From the NCBI GenBank assembly GCA_964106915.2, contig OZ066916.1: DNA of 64,000 bases. The stretch is one strand, 5' to 3'. This DNA comes from Podarcis gaigeae (Eukaryota). Positions 1-12,702 of the stretch are shown here, piece after piece. Position 1 is the first letter of the stretch. Each line of letters begins with the position of its first letter. Below the pieces are notes generated by a model. It saw only the letters and a program-made list of their open reading frames with translations. It was not told the origin of the DNA and did no database searches. Both the position numbers and the translations under genes were made by a program.

Positions 1-291
1 GGGGCGCTCATCTCGCTTTATTGGCTGAGGGAGCCGGCATACAGCTTCCAGGTCATGTGGCCAGCATGACTAAGCTGCTTCTGGCTAACCAGAGCAGCAC
101 ACAGAAACACTGTTTACCTTCCCGCTGGAGCGGTATTTATTTATCTACTTGCACTTTGACATGCTTTCGAACTGTTAGGTTGGCAGGAGCTGGGACTGAG
201 CAACGGGAGCTCACCCTGTCTCTGTGATTCGAACTGCCGACCTTCTGATCGGCATGTCCTAGGCTCTGTGGTTTAACCCACAGTGCTGCCC
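1..291 (-). mobile_element. Sauria SINE (tRNA-derived head, BovB-related tail), cut by the window edge
   Basis: Colinear with the full copy at 29690-30042; B-box GTTCGAATC on the minus strand near 226-234. Confidence 0.9.
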
Positions 292-354
292 CAGAGTTAT
301 GGTTTTTGCTAAAAAACCTTTATTGTCCAATTCACTCGAAACCGTCAAATGTTG

Positions 355-860
355 CAGTGGAACTTGTGCCGGTGTTTGGTACTGCTTTGGAGTGAATTGG
401 ACGACATCAGGTTTGGGGCTAAAGGTTCACCACACGGGTTACGGCTCCATTTTGTGGAGCGCTGTGAAATGTGGAGTTTTTAACGCCAAATATGAAAGGA
501 AGCCTTGCCCCGAGCTTTGGCGCTGCTTTTGAGTGAATCGTACAATGTTGAGTTTTCAGCTAAATCTTGACCCCGCAGATTAGGGCCCTGAGGGGACATT
601 TTGTGGGGACAGTGTGAACTGTGCAGTTTTGACCAACAAACCTTGGAGGGAGCTTGTGCTGGTGTTTAGATCCACTTACGTGTGAATCAGACGATGTTGG
701 GTTTTTGGTTAAATCATGATGCCGCGGATTAGGGAGCCGAGGGGATCATTTTGTGGGGCACTGTGAAATGTGTTGTTTTAACCATTAAACATTGAAGTGG
801 GACTCGTGCTGGTGTTTGCAGCTGCTTTGGAGAGAATTGGATGACGTCAGAGTTCAGTGA
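355..860. repeat. Diverged tandem satellite, ~3.5 units of ~141-150 bp
   Basis: CATTTTGTGG recurs at 448, 597, 747; CT(T/C)GTGC(C/T)GGTGTTT-like motif at 363, 504, 653, 802. Confidence 0.8.
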
Positions 861-867
861 AAACTCA

Positions 868-1094
868 TCAGAGACAGTTACAGTTGCAAATGGCAACAAA
901 TTGTGCAAGGAAAAGGAGCAGGTTGGCTCAAGTGTGTTGCAAGTAGAAAAAACTGTTTGTAATGAAGTGAGAGATGTAGTTTACTTGCCCGAATTAAGAG
1001 TTTGCTGAGTGCGACAACCCTGACCAAGCGTGGTTTTAATGTAAATTTGAATCACAACAATTGTGCAGTTGCCAAAGATGGTGTTTTGTATGGA
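868..1094 (+). mobile_element. Decayed Ty1/copia pol fragment (region between protease and integrase)
   Basis: Frameshifted translation SETVTVANGNKL / VQGKGAG / VRDVVYLPEL / SLLSATTLTKRGFNVNLNHNNCAVAKDG fits the copia pattern V.ANG..V.G.G..DVLYVP.L..LLS..L...G..V.F....C. Confidence 0.7.
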
Positions 1095-2202
1095 CCTTTA
1101 TCCGAAAACCCAACGTCATCCAATTCACTCCAAAGCAGTACCAAACACCAGCAGAAGTCCCACATAAGGTCCAGATCTGATTGCACCCCTAAGCTGTGAA
1201 CCTGATCTTTAAGGAGAAATGCAAATTTATCCAAAACAGGTTGAACACTGCCTCCTTGGTCATAGGAAGCACTTAGCAACAACACACACCTCCAGTTCAT
1301 CTGGATTAAATTTCAATGTATTAACTCTCATCCAGATTTATTACTCCCAGGCACAAATGATACATGGCAAATGGTGGGGGAAAGGGAGAGGTAGTATTAG
1401 ATTAGGTATCACATACAATGAAATTGGTTTCAGGTTTATGATTACACTGGCGTAGATTAGATTCATAAGCATGCATTTATATTGTAGGGAAATCCAGTCT
1501 TTTGTAGTGTTTTAGTTACCTTGCTACTGAGGAGCACAGAGTGGTTAAGGGATTGCTATTCCATGTTATTGCTATTCCATGTATATCCTTTAGAGGAAAC
1601 ACTGAAAGTATGAAGAACCCATTCCAGGCCAGATGGCTGCAGTGGGCTCCCCACTCTCCCCTCATAAAGCACCTCCCAGCCTCCAAGCGATAGTCATTCC
1701 TGTTCATGCAATACTGTTTTGGAACTTCTACAATCCTGTACAGAACAAAGCAACCCAGAAGTTCAAAGTGATTGCTGAGAAACAGATTCCCCTTCTTGAG
1801 ACCTCCTAAGGAGCCTGGAACTGGGTGTTCTAGCTAGCGGTGTCTAGCCAGACAGCTCCACATTAGAGAATGTGCGTCATTTGCTGCCAATTTGCTACGA
1901 GATATCAGCATCTTGTCCAGTGGAGGTCCTTTTCATGTTTTTTCTCTCCTCTTATTTTATTCCATCTGGAGAAGGGAAGAGATTTTAGGGGAATCAGATA
2001 AGAAGGAGCATATTCATATATCATAAAATCAGCTGCGGATTGGTTCCTGGACAAAAAAAAAAACACCCTCCACAGTGCAAGTTGCCAACTGAGAGATGGG
2101 TAGTTGTTAAAATTCAGTCCAGATGGCTGTAGAGCAAGCCTAACTAGGGAGCAAGTATAATGCAGCCATTGGGAGCATTGGCTGTATGCCATATATATAT
2201 AT

Positions 2203-2481
2203 CACTCAAGAAATCACTCAAGGTATCTCTCAAGTAATTAAGGAACAAAAGAAGAAAAGGCACACTAGCCTGGGAACTTCCTCTCTGCCCAGAACATTGG
2301 AGGCTAGACACCACACCCCCTCTACAGTATTTATAGGAACTCAAACATTGAGATCCCGCTCTGTTCCAGTAACAAGAAGCCGAAAGCACCAGCCTGAAGA
2401 TGACGAGTGAGACCTCGTCGAAACGTCGCCTAGACACCCCAACTTTTACACGGGAAGACACCCGAGGACACCAAAACCTGC
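2203..2481 (+). mobile_element. Penelope-like element 3' terminal repeat remnant in a (TA)n tract
   Basis: TATTTATA motif, hammerhead core CTGAAGA..GAAACGTC, terminal hairpin CGGG-aagaca-CCCG; (TA)n on both sides. Confidence 0.7.
2391..2431 (+). ncRNA. Minimal type I hammerhead ribozyme motif with weak stem I
   Basis: CTGAAGA 2394-2400; stem II GACGAG/CTCGTC (2402-2407/2414-2419); GAAA-CG-TC 2420-2427. Confidence 0.6.
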
Positions 2482-2501
2482 ATATATATATATATATATA
2501 T

Positions 2502-2830
2502 GTAAAGGTACCCCTGCCCGTATGGGCCAGTCTTGACAGACTCTATAGGCCGGGAGCCAGCGCTGTCCGCAGACACTTCTGGGTCACGTGGCCAGCGTGA
2601 CAAGCTGCATCTGGCGAGCCAGCGCAGCACACGGAACGCCGTTTACCTTCCCGCTGGTAAGCGGTCCCTATTTATCTACTTGCACCCGGAGGTGCTTTCG
2701 AACTGCTAGGTTGGCAGGCGCTGGGACCGAGCGATGGGAGCGCACCCCGCCGCGGGGATTCGAACTGCCGACGTTCCGATCAGCAAGTCCTAGGCGCTGA
2801 GGTTTTTACCCACAGCGCCACCCGTGTCCC
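2502..2830 (-). mobile_element. Sauria SINE of a divergent subfamily, inserted in (TA)n
   Basis: Same head (GGGACACGGGTGGCGCTGTGG..GTTCGAATCC on minus) with a different body; (TA)n at 2482-2501 and 2831-2852. Confidence 0.9.
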
Positions 2831-3268
2831 ATATATATATATATATATATATTACCGTCTTGCTGAGAAGCTTCAGCCAGTCATTCTCTCTCAGCATCAA
2901 TTTCTCCATGACATGGGGATAATAATGCTGGCCTACCTGACAGGGCTATCTGCAGTAAATACTAACATACTTTATCTGAAGTGCTTCATGCACCTAGACC
3001 ACACACACACAGCATCTCAAAGATGCTGAAGAGTAATGGCCAACATATGCACCCAGGACAAACAGCAAGATGAGAGCTCTACTGAACCACACTTTTCTTT
3101 TCACATGTGTCATGGCCATATTGGTTCTTGAACCGGCAACTTGGGGTGCTTCCAGGCTGTTGCTATTTCGGAGTGGGATTCAGTTGCATACTGGCAAATT
3201 CAGGCTGCTCAGTTAAAACTGACTTGCAGATCTTGTGCAATTCGCATGCTTCTCTCACCAACCAACTA

Positions 3269-3497
3269 CAATGGTACCTCGGTTTAAGAACAGCCCTGTT
3301 AACGAACTATTCAGGTTACAAACTCTGCAAAACCGGGAGTATTGCTCCGGTTAGCGAACTTTACCTCGGTTAAGAATGGGACTCAAATGGTGGCGGCGGG
3401 AGGCCTCATTAGGGAAAGCGCACCTTGGTTTAAGAACAGTTTTGGTTTAAAAACGGACTTCTGGAATGGATTAAATTCATAGACCGAGGTACCACTG
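3269..3497. mobile_element. Tigger/pogo-like MITE
   Basis: Termini CAATGGTACCTCGGT / ACCGAGGTACCACTG, TA on both sides. Confidence 0.85.
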
Positions 3498-3657
3498 TAC
3501 CCCTAAAATCAGACTTTTTCCCAATAAGGAAAGTGTACTGGAAATGGAGGAATAACATACTTGATGCAATGCCATCTATGCTCCCTGCGAATAAATCAGA
3601 ACAAATGCCAATTAACCAACAGACATGGCCAATGCAGGCAGGGCAGCACAGCTCACC

Positions 3658-4062
3658 TGTTAGAATTCTGCTCCATGATTGCAGTCATGGGATTTTTGTC
3701 TATCACATGACGGTATATGTTTTGACTCCACAAAGTGGGAAGTGACGGAGACAGGAGGTTTGTGTTACTGTGTTCCGTGAAGTGGGGCTATTGTCCTTTG
3801 TTCTTTCTCTTTACTGTCTGATGCTAGAGAGAGAGGGGGAGCCATGTTGCAGTGCTCCCTGTGTGTTTCTTTGTAAATAAAGTAGATTAGCCAAAATGCT
3901 GAGTTGCTGGGGTTCTGTCACGCAAGCTGCGAAGACTCTGCGGATCCCTAAGTGTGCCGATGTCTGTTGGTATCGGTTGCTGTGATGTTCGGGCAGAATA
4001 AAGCTTTCGAAGCTCCCGAACAATCTACCAGGGCCCTACTCGAGTGTAGGGAAAGCTTCCCA
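3658..4062 (+). mobile_element. Possible solo LTR
   Basis: Starts TGTTAG, contains AATAAA signals and a CpG-richer 3' half; no TSD found. Confidence 0.3.
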
Positions 4063-7000
4063 ATGGCTAGCATGACTGCTAGTTCCTGAGAGCGGGAGGG
4101 ACAGTGGTGCAGAAACAGGAGCTGATTGCCCCACTGCTATGTCCACACAAAGCTCCCCACCCCTCCCCTGTCCCCATCTCAGGAATTGGCAACAATGCTT
4201 GGCATTGGGAGGGCAGGTGGGCCATGCCACCCTGCCTGTTCCATCCCACCAACCCTTCCTGCAAACAGGTAATATGGAGGTGACCTGTATAATAACCTCA
4301 CAACTATTAAAAGAATAGAACAAACCAACAACAACACCATTAAGCAACATTTTAAAATATACACAGTGTGCCATAAAAGCACCCTGACAAGTTTTAATGT
4401 GACAAGTTTTAGGACTTGTCCAGAAGCCAATAAAGAGGGTACATGTGAGTATTCCACAAATATGTGTGCAGATGGGCCATTGCATATACAGATAGAACTT
4501 GAGCACTCTTCAAGCTTTCATAATCAGTGTAAAATGCATGAGAAGAGGCAAAGAGGCAAAGAGGCAAAGAGACAAGAGTGGTGACCTCACCCTTCTTGCC
4601 ATTTTTGTTGTGTATGATTTGGAGGGTGACCTTTTGAAGCAGGGAGACCACTCTACCTATGTAGGCTCCTTTGACATTTTAGAAAGCTGATTCTAATGTG
4701 CCCAGGGTGACTCCATGTATGCAAGAAGTTCCCACTTGAGGAAGTCATCCAGCTCATGGAGAGTGACAAAAATAGCAAAAGAGCCGAGTTCCCACTCTTG
4801 TCCTCATGCCCCTCCTTGTACGTTCACAGTGATTATGAATGCCTGAAGAGGGTTATAGCAGTATCATCTCAAACTGAAGGATTTTAATTTAGATGTGACC
4901 CTCTTCTGGTCATCAAAGGATAGCTCTGGCATCAACGCACCATCACTTGATATCTTTACACTGGGTTCCTGACACGTGGGTGTGTAAACCAGTCCTTGGT
5001 CCATGGTCCCTAGCTTAAATGAAGGAGGGTATCCATTACCCAAGGATGCTTTGAACAGATTTTGTGAATGGGCCAAACTTAGGGAAAATGGAATTCAGCG
5101 TGCATCTTACAACATCAGAATTTCAGGTTGTACTCACCACCAAAGAGATACTGGTATTTGTAATGCATGAACATCAGAAGCTGCTTATAGCAAACCGGAC
5201 CCCTGGTGCATCTAGCTCACTTACTGCCTACAGTCAGACTGCTAGTGACTTGCAAGGGTTTCAGGCAGGAGTCTTTCCCAGGCTTACCAAGAGATACACG
5301 GCATTGCTCCTGGGACCTTTTCCATGCAAATCATGTCCTCTTCCACAGAGCTACAGTTCTTCCCCATGCACCCTTAATTTTCTGTCTATAGAAGAGCTTT
5401 CACTGTTGATCTAACACACATTTATGCCCCCATGCCCATCACTTCAGCTCTAATTGTAATTCAGCTGCAAGTGCTGTGGCTGGACAACATTGATCTTTAC
5501 GTATTTGTGCTTTGTTTTGAACTGTCAGTACTCAATACAAAACAGTAGTTGAGGGCTGTCATATTCTTCCATTGAGCTGGACATTAACAGACAAGAGTAA
5601 GGACAAATAGTCTGGAGATGAAGTGATGGGGAGACAGCTTCACCTGTTGTCATTCAGCCTGTCAGGCAGCCATAAAACACGGGGGAGCTGTGCTAGAACA
5701 CAACAATGGGAGAACTCTGGACAAAATGCAATCTATACTCAATTCACTTTCAGCTGCATTGGAGACCCAGCTGACCAAGAGTCACTCAACTGCATTAAAT
5801 GGTCCTACTCTTAAGGTGTTTCATAGGGAGCTCTTGTTGCCTTAAAAGCAGCAATCAAAGCACTGAAAATGGGCCAATTAGCAAGAAATTTCACATGGTA
5901 CGTTCTGTGACTCCCATGTTACAGCCCTAGTGCTGGGCTCCATGTTAATGTATCTCTGTGAGATGTGGCCTTCAGAAGGTTGAGTCTTCACATGCCTGGC
6001 ATACTGCTGCCAGTTCCGTAACTCAGGCGTCTCTAGAAAGAACACTTTTGAAATCTATCCTGTGCAAAATTCCTGTGTGTGCTTTGCAACTCAGAGCTAA
6101 AGGAGATGTCCCTGTATTCTGCAATTCAGACATATTCTTCAATATTATGTGACCATTGCACCAAATTTTTTATATTGAAGCCTTGTTATGCAGTGGTGTG
6201 AAACCAGTTTCGAATTTAGTGCATCAGTTCTCACAGCCCCCTCATATTTAACTGGTGGTAGTTAGCTAATTCAGACAGATATAATACTGATGGCACATGA
6301 TGGGGTAATCTTCAAGGCATATGACTTGAGCATGTCTTGTGGTGTCTTCTTTCTAGAGGACCACAGATTCCTCACCTCCTTGTTTTAGGCATGTTCCTAA
6401 TGTGATAAAGTGCCACAAAATAACCTTCACATGGGTTCGTTTGACACTAAGAAGAGACTCTTTTTCAAAGCATCACCTTCTTCACAAAATAGGATACTTA
6501 AATATAGCAGATCACCCTGTCTGCTTTTGTGAGAACATAACTAGAACGATGTCAAGCAATAAATTCTTACATTGCATAAGATTTCGAAAACAACATTATT
6601 GAAAAGTGTATAAGTGGTATTCTTTGCCCAATTGTACAATTACACATTTTGTTTTCCTCCTGCATGTTAATTATTAGGATCCTGTCCTAGAATAATTGCC
6701 CTCCTAGAACAATTATTAAAGTGTGAAATTTGATGCGCAGGCAGTGTTTACAAAGGGACAACGGTGATGCTCATACTTTGGCCTCATAACTTGCGAATAT
6801 TCAAGAGTGAGAACGAGGGTCACCAGCCCCTGCATATTTTTCTTTCATTAACTTGACATTTTGTGGGGCTTTAAAATGTTTTGAGAAAGCTCTTTGCAAG
6901 GGCTTAATAAGGGGTTGATCGTTTTGTGCTTCAGCTATTTAATAACTGCACTGAAGTAAAATAATGCTGATGTAGGGAAAGAAATATGTGTTTTATCCAT

Positions 7001-7274
7001 CCCAGCATTTTTTTTTTAATTGGCAAAGCATATTAATTGGCAGCACTGAACTGCAAAAAAATTGAATTTTCAATATATCTAGCAAGACTTTTGGCATCTC
7101 TCTCTACTACACTGTGATGAGGATACTCTTCCCCTATGTGCTGTTGGTTTTCTGGATCAAGGATGAGCTACCTGAGGCGAACTTGACCCAGACAGTTGGA
7201 GTCTGGACCATGGAACAGACAATTACAGCCAGTGTCATGTTCCAATCCTTTTCCCAGTGGAACGTTTGGTGATG

Positions 7275-7620
7275 GCTATGCTCTGGTCTCCTGGTGCTCC
7301 TTGTAAATATTAAGATCGCCCTCAACATGCTGAAGCCAGCTTGACTGGAGTGGCTCAGGACTTCATGTTGCCGTGACAACCACAGGGTGGTCCCAACATA
7401 TTGTCAGGCCAACACATGTAGCTGGGCATACTCTGGATTTTATTTTCATGGTTGGGTAGGGAGAGGGTGATCCAAAGGTGAAGGATGTTAAAACAGACCC
7501 TGTGTCATGGTCAGAACACCTCCTGTTGTTTTTTAGACTCACGGTGGTCTTTTCCCTTTGTGGGGATGCAGGACCTTTTAAGACAGTCCACCTCCCAAGT
7601 CAAGTGGTGGAGCCAGAGCC
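7275..7620 (+). mobile_element. Degenerate L2 LINE APE-endonuclease fragment
   Basis: Translates to GVAQDFM, RPTHVAGHTLDL and VSWSEHLL, matching the PTH.AGHTLDL / WSDH motifs. Confidence 0.6.
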
Positions 7621-7852
7621 AATGAGAGGGAGAAAACAGTGGGGAACATTAGGCCCTTAGATGTTGCTGGACTGCAACTCCCATAATCCCTGACTATTGG
7701 CCATGCTGACCAGGACTGTTGGGATTTGGAATCCAGCAGCACCTAGAGGGCCCCAGGTTCCTTATCTCTTGATAAGTAAGACATAATACAGGTGGGGGCT
7801 GGCTGAAGGGAGACTGAGGTTGGCGGGGCACAGCACCATATGCAGTGCTGGA

Positions 7853-8103
7853 TTTACATTTGGGGGGGCCACTCCCCCCAAAAAAAAACTAAAGAAAAGA
7901 AAAAAAACCCCTGGATGTATATTTCCAAAATATAAGATAAAAAACAAATAAAATGGCTTTAGATACCTATTAGGTCCATAAATTACCATATAGCATATAT
8001 TCAACACAAAAAACAGCAACAATTTGTTGTTGGCAAAGAACAGCTGGACATATAAAGGGCCCCATTATGAGCTTAGGGCCTAATCAAACCTAAATCCGGC
8101 CCT
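7853..8103. mobile_element. Non-autonomous hAT-like element
   Basis: Imperfect inverted ends CAGTGCTGGATTTA / TAAATCCGGCCCT. Confidence 0.45.
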
Positions 8104-8524
8104 TCCCATGCCTCAATGGACCAGCCTCTGTTATTTTGTTGAGGCAGAGGGTATCTCCTTGACGACAAATTTGTGGAAAGTTTTAGAAATCTTATAAATT
8201 GCAGATCATGTCTGATAAATGTAGAAAGAGTGGTGGGCATAATATTTGCTGAATGGACGAGTAGCTGCTGGCTGGAATGTCTGCTCATGTCCTTCCATTA
8301 TGGCAGGAATGGGGAGCCAGTGCCCCTCTGTTGTTGGACTTCAACTTCCATCATTCCCAGCCAACATGGCCAATGGTCAGGCATGATGGGAGTTGAAGTC
8401 CAGCAGCATCCAAAGGGCCACAGGCTCCTCAACCTTGTGTTATGGACTAAGGCTGCATCTCATGCTAGTTGTACTTAAAGCAGACCCATTGACGTAAATG
8501 GACATCACTAACTTAAACCCACTA

Positions 8525-8755
8525 CAGTGGTATCTCGGGTTAAGAACTTAATTTGTTCAGGAGGTCCGTTCTTAACCTGAAACCGTTCTTAACCTGAGGT
8601 ACCACTTTAGCTAATGGGGCCTCCCGCTGCTGCCGTGAGATTTCTGTTCTCATCCTGAAGCAAAGTTCTTAACCCGAGGTACTATTTCTGGGTTAGCGGA
8701 GTCTGTAACCTGAAGCGGCTGTAACCTGAAGCATCTGTAACCCGAGGTACCACTG
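8525..8755. mobile_element. Tigger/pogo-like MITE
   Basis: CAGTGGTATCTCGGGTTA / TAACCCGAGGTACCACTG, TA/TG flanks. Confidence 0.9.
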
Positions 8756-8812
8756 TGATTTCTGGTATCCACTCTGAGTAGAGCTTAGTTCATGGATAAG
8801 CAACATAAGACC

Positions 8813-9107
8813 CGGGGGCTGGATCCAGCCCAATCTCCTTCTCAATCCGGTCTGTGGACGGACCGGCAACCAGCGTGTTTTTACATGAGTAGAATGTGTC
8901 TTTTTATTTAAAATGCATCTCTGGGTTATTTGTGGGGCCTGCCTGGTGTTTTTACATAAGTAGAATGTGTTATTTTATTTAAAATGCATCTCTGGGTTAT
9001 TTGTGGGGCATAGGAATTCGTTCATCCCCCCCCCCCGATATAGTCTGGCCCCCCACAAGGTCTCAGGGACAGTGGACCAGTCCACTGCTGAAAAGTTTGC
9101 TGACCCG
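8813..9107. mobile_element. hAT-like MITE with internal ~71 bp tandem duplication
   Basis: GTGTTTTTACAT..TGGGTTATTTGTGGGGC twice (8875-8938, 8946-9009); right end AAAAGTTTGCTGACCC. Confidence 0.6.
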
Positions 9108-11360
9108 CAGAAGCCTTAATTATAGCAACCCCAAATCAACAAAATCCCACACATATTTACAAGTATTTTGTTGCTACTATTCTTTTTATTGTGGACTAGG
9201 AATTTAAAAAGAAAAGAAGAAACGAGATGGGGGGGGGGGGAAACCATGGTTCTAGTTTCTATGGCAGCTACTAGAATTAACGTTCATGTGCTTCAGGATT
9301 TGATCAAAGCCATGCAGATTTCTAATCACCTTGCCTATGCAGGCTCACTTCAATTATATTACAGTCCAGACTACTATTAACTTGGGATTTGGCTAATACA
9401 TTCCTGCACTAATACTGAGATTATGCTGTTTTCCCTTTCATTGTAAAGCTTTATTACAAGGCTCTGACATACACAAGCCTGTTTAATAATGTCTGCCCAG
9501 TTAACTAAATTATAATTTGCCCGTGTTTAAAACGACTTTTTCCATATCACAGTACTAAAGAGAGGGGCGTGGGGGAATCACAGCTCCCTAATACAGGTTT
9601 TACAGTTCCTGGGAGATACGCAGTATATAACACCTGAAAAACTGACAGACGTCTGCTGAAAGCTACCTAAGAAAAAGAAATCAAGTCTGGCACACAATTG
9701 TCTGCAAAATGAATCTAATGTTGAGATGCCCACAAGCTGCCTATTTTTCATTATTTATGATTGGCAAACAGGCTTTACATTGCTTGGGGACTCTTTGGGA
9801 ATATTACTCATTTTTTTTATCATGTTTCCACATGGTGATTCATTCTAATTATGGAATTCTGCCTACACAGAAAAACAGAACACCGTTCTCTTCCAAAATT
9901 ACTTATTCAGATTGCAGCTAAATTACAGAAATGTATCCTGCTAACAGGCAGAGAAAAGAGACTATTTAAAGGTATCCAGCCTATGTAAGAGAGGCAGACA
10001 ATTTAGGGCTCATCCACACCGCACATTTCTAGGTGCAGGTCTGGGCTTTCAAAGTCCAGGTCCGAACACGTTTCTTTCTGCCCTGCTGCTTTCCCCATGA
10101 AAACCCACTCTTTACTGAGGAATCAAAACAAATGGCAATCTGCAGAAAACCTGAATTGCTGTTTGTTCAGATTCAGCATTAAAGAGCAGCTTTTCTTGGG
10201 GAAAGCAGAGGGGCAGAACAAATAAAAATAAATAAAGCACTCAGACATGGATCAGGAAAGTGCCTAGATAGATGGCCATTTCAGCAAATACATGGAGGTT
10301 GGGTACTAGGACCAGCAAGGTGTAGTAATTTTGGGCGCAGGGACAGTGGGTTCAGCCTCCTTCCCCACCTTCACAATTACTGTGGATGTGGAGATAACCC
10401 CTGAAAAGAACTACAAACCAATCCCTTAAGCTCTAGTGACCAGTGGTATAGTGTGGGAGGGGTCCCACAGGGGTGGTTACCCAGGGCACAAAATGGTTAG
10501 AGGGCGCAAAATGTTGACATCCTGTGCTGCCTCAATGTACCTGCATGCTTCCAGTGATGGGCTCTGTTGAAAATAGCTTCTCCATGCAAACCAGGAAGTG
10601 ACTCTTATCTCTCTGTCTGCAATCTTCTGGGTGATGCAGATGCTGTTAGGTCGTTGAATGAGCATGCGTACTCTCTCCCTTTCCTTCTTCCCAGCCCCCA
10701 GCCCCAGTGGCCCCGGGTGCTAGCAACCCATGCTATGCTGCTGCTAGTGATGGACAGCCTTTTTTTCTGCTACAGAACACCAGATCTAGGATCTAAGATT
10801 GGCGCTTAGCCTATCCCCGGTATATAAGCTGCAGCAACAGCCAGCATTCACATCAATGTAGCCACACACAAGTGAAAGCACACCCTCTCTCATTCACCTT
10901 GACATGTCTCTCAAATCTTCTGTAACAAAAAAAATATTTTCGCTTTCATTCCAGTTAGCTTGCCGCTACTTTAAATCTACCCCATGCTTGGGCATATGAC
11001 CACTTTGACCCCTGAAGGAAACCAAGTGCAGAGAACGAGACGGGCAAGCTACACTGGGAAAGCTCAGACTCTTAAAACTGCAGCCGAGATCCTAATTGAG
11101 TTGTTGCTCTAGGGTATGGCGTCTGTAGCATAATGATTAATCCAGTCTCACACCTAGCAGAGCACGTTGCATAAACACAACAATAAAAACACCCACCCAC
11201 AGATCACCTGCCCTATGAATGAATGCAAGGTCCCATCTGTGCTGTGCATTTGAAGCTGGATTATCATGCCAGTCTAAACAGTCATGGCTTCCCTAAAGAA
11301 TTTGGGGAACTGTGGTTGCTAAGGGTGCTGAGAATTGTAATTTGCAGAGAGGTATTAGGG

Positions 11361-11595
11361 AGGGTTGCCATATGTCCAGAATTTCCCAGACGTAGCTGGA
11401 ATACCACAGCTGGAAGCAGTGTCTTGGTGGAAATGTCTGGGGAAATCTGGACATTTGGCAACCCATGTCAGCAGTGTTGTTTGGGAAATTTTTCCCTTTT
11501 TTGCGATTTTGCCAAAGTAGCTCAAGAACTTTGGGCAAAACTTTAAAAAATAACTTTTGTGTCTGGATTTTCACTTTTTGAAATATGGCAACCGT
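11361..11595. mobile_element. hAT-like MITE
   Basis: TIR AGGGTTGCCATAT / ATATGGCAACC; TATTAGG duplicated at 11353 and 11954. Confidence 0.7.
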
Positions 11596-11601
11596 ATATT
11601 A

Positions 11602-11945
11602 AAGGTAAAGGGACCCCTGACCATTAGGTCCAGTCGTGCCCGACTCTGGGGTTGCGGCACTCATCTCGCTTTATTGGCCGAGGGAGCTGGAGTACAGCTT
11701 CTGGGTCATGTGGCCAGCATGACTAAGCCACTTCTGGGGAACCAGAGCAGCGCACGGAAATGCTGTTTACCTTCCCGCCGGAGTGGTACCTATTTATCTA
11801 CTTGCACTTTGACGTGCTTTCGAATTGCTAGGTTGCCAGGAGCAGGGACTGAGCAACGGGAGCTCACCCCGTCGCGGGGATTCGAACCGCCAACCTTCCG
11901 ATCGGCAAGTCCTAGGCTTGGTGGTTTAACCCACAGCGCCACCCA
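11602..11945 (-). mobile_element. Sauria SINE with TSD
   Basis: Full body, (ACCTTT) tail; TSD CAACC(G/C)TATATTA at 11589-11601 and 11946-11958. Confidence 0.95.
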
Positions 11946-12702
11946 CAACCCTATATTAGGAGACACCTATTTCCCTGAGAGAGACAATTCCCTAATAAGA
12001 GGGATTGACTGTTCAACCACTTTTCAAATTGCTGCTCTGTGAGGGGAACAGAAGGTCTCCTAACAATTCCCAGAATTAAAGTGATATGATACTGCTTTAA
12101 ATGTACAATGCAGGTAAGTCCTGAGTGTCACATAAAGGTTTGAGGAGTGGGTCTGTGCACTCTCATCCTGGACAGATAAGCTGGGTCTGTGTCATCTGAA
12201 AAACAATTCCAATATGGGTACAGACTGGGAAAGATCTCTAGTTAAAAAGGCTTGTTGGAAGAAGTCTTCATGAAGTACTGACAATATATTGAGTAGGATT
12301 GAAAGGTCAGGGAAAGACCTACAACTGCTGCCAGTCAGAGGAGACAATCTGTATTAGGTAAGACAAAGTGCAAGGCAGCTTTGTGTGCTTCACCCCCCCC
12401 CCCAAAAAAATACTTGCTACCTAGATGAATGAGATTTTCTGGATGAGTGTCATGTTATGAAACCAAAAGACAGCAGTTGCCAAACATTATGCTAAGTCCT
12501 TCTGTATTTGGAATGTTGTTTCCTGGAGCCGCAGCTTATTATATGCTTTGTGCTTAGGCACAGATAATGCGGTGCAAGAACACACACGTGTACCAGCCCA
12601 GTTATGAATGGCACATGTGTGTACAGACTGCAGCAACCCCTCTTAAAAACTGGAAAGGGAGGGGAGTGTGACCCAAACTTTGCTGATCACTGATCACGTG
12701 TG

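Noticed and set aside
355-860. Regularly spaced repeats as a CRISPR-like array
   Set aside because: Whole units are homologous, no unique spacers, eukaryotic context, no cas genes
11557-12042. Recurrent ORFs with GHVASMTKPLL..YLSTCTLTCFRTARL (also at 21, 2588, 15416, 29810, 31307, 35980)
   Set aside because: Antisense readings of Sauria SINE copies, not a protein family
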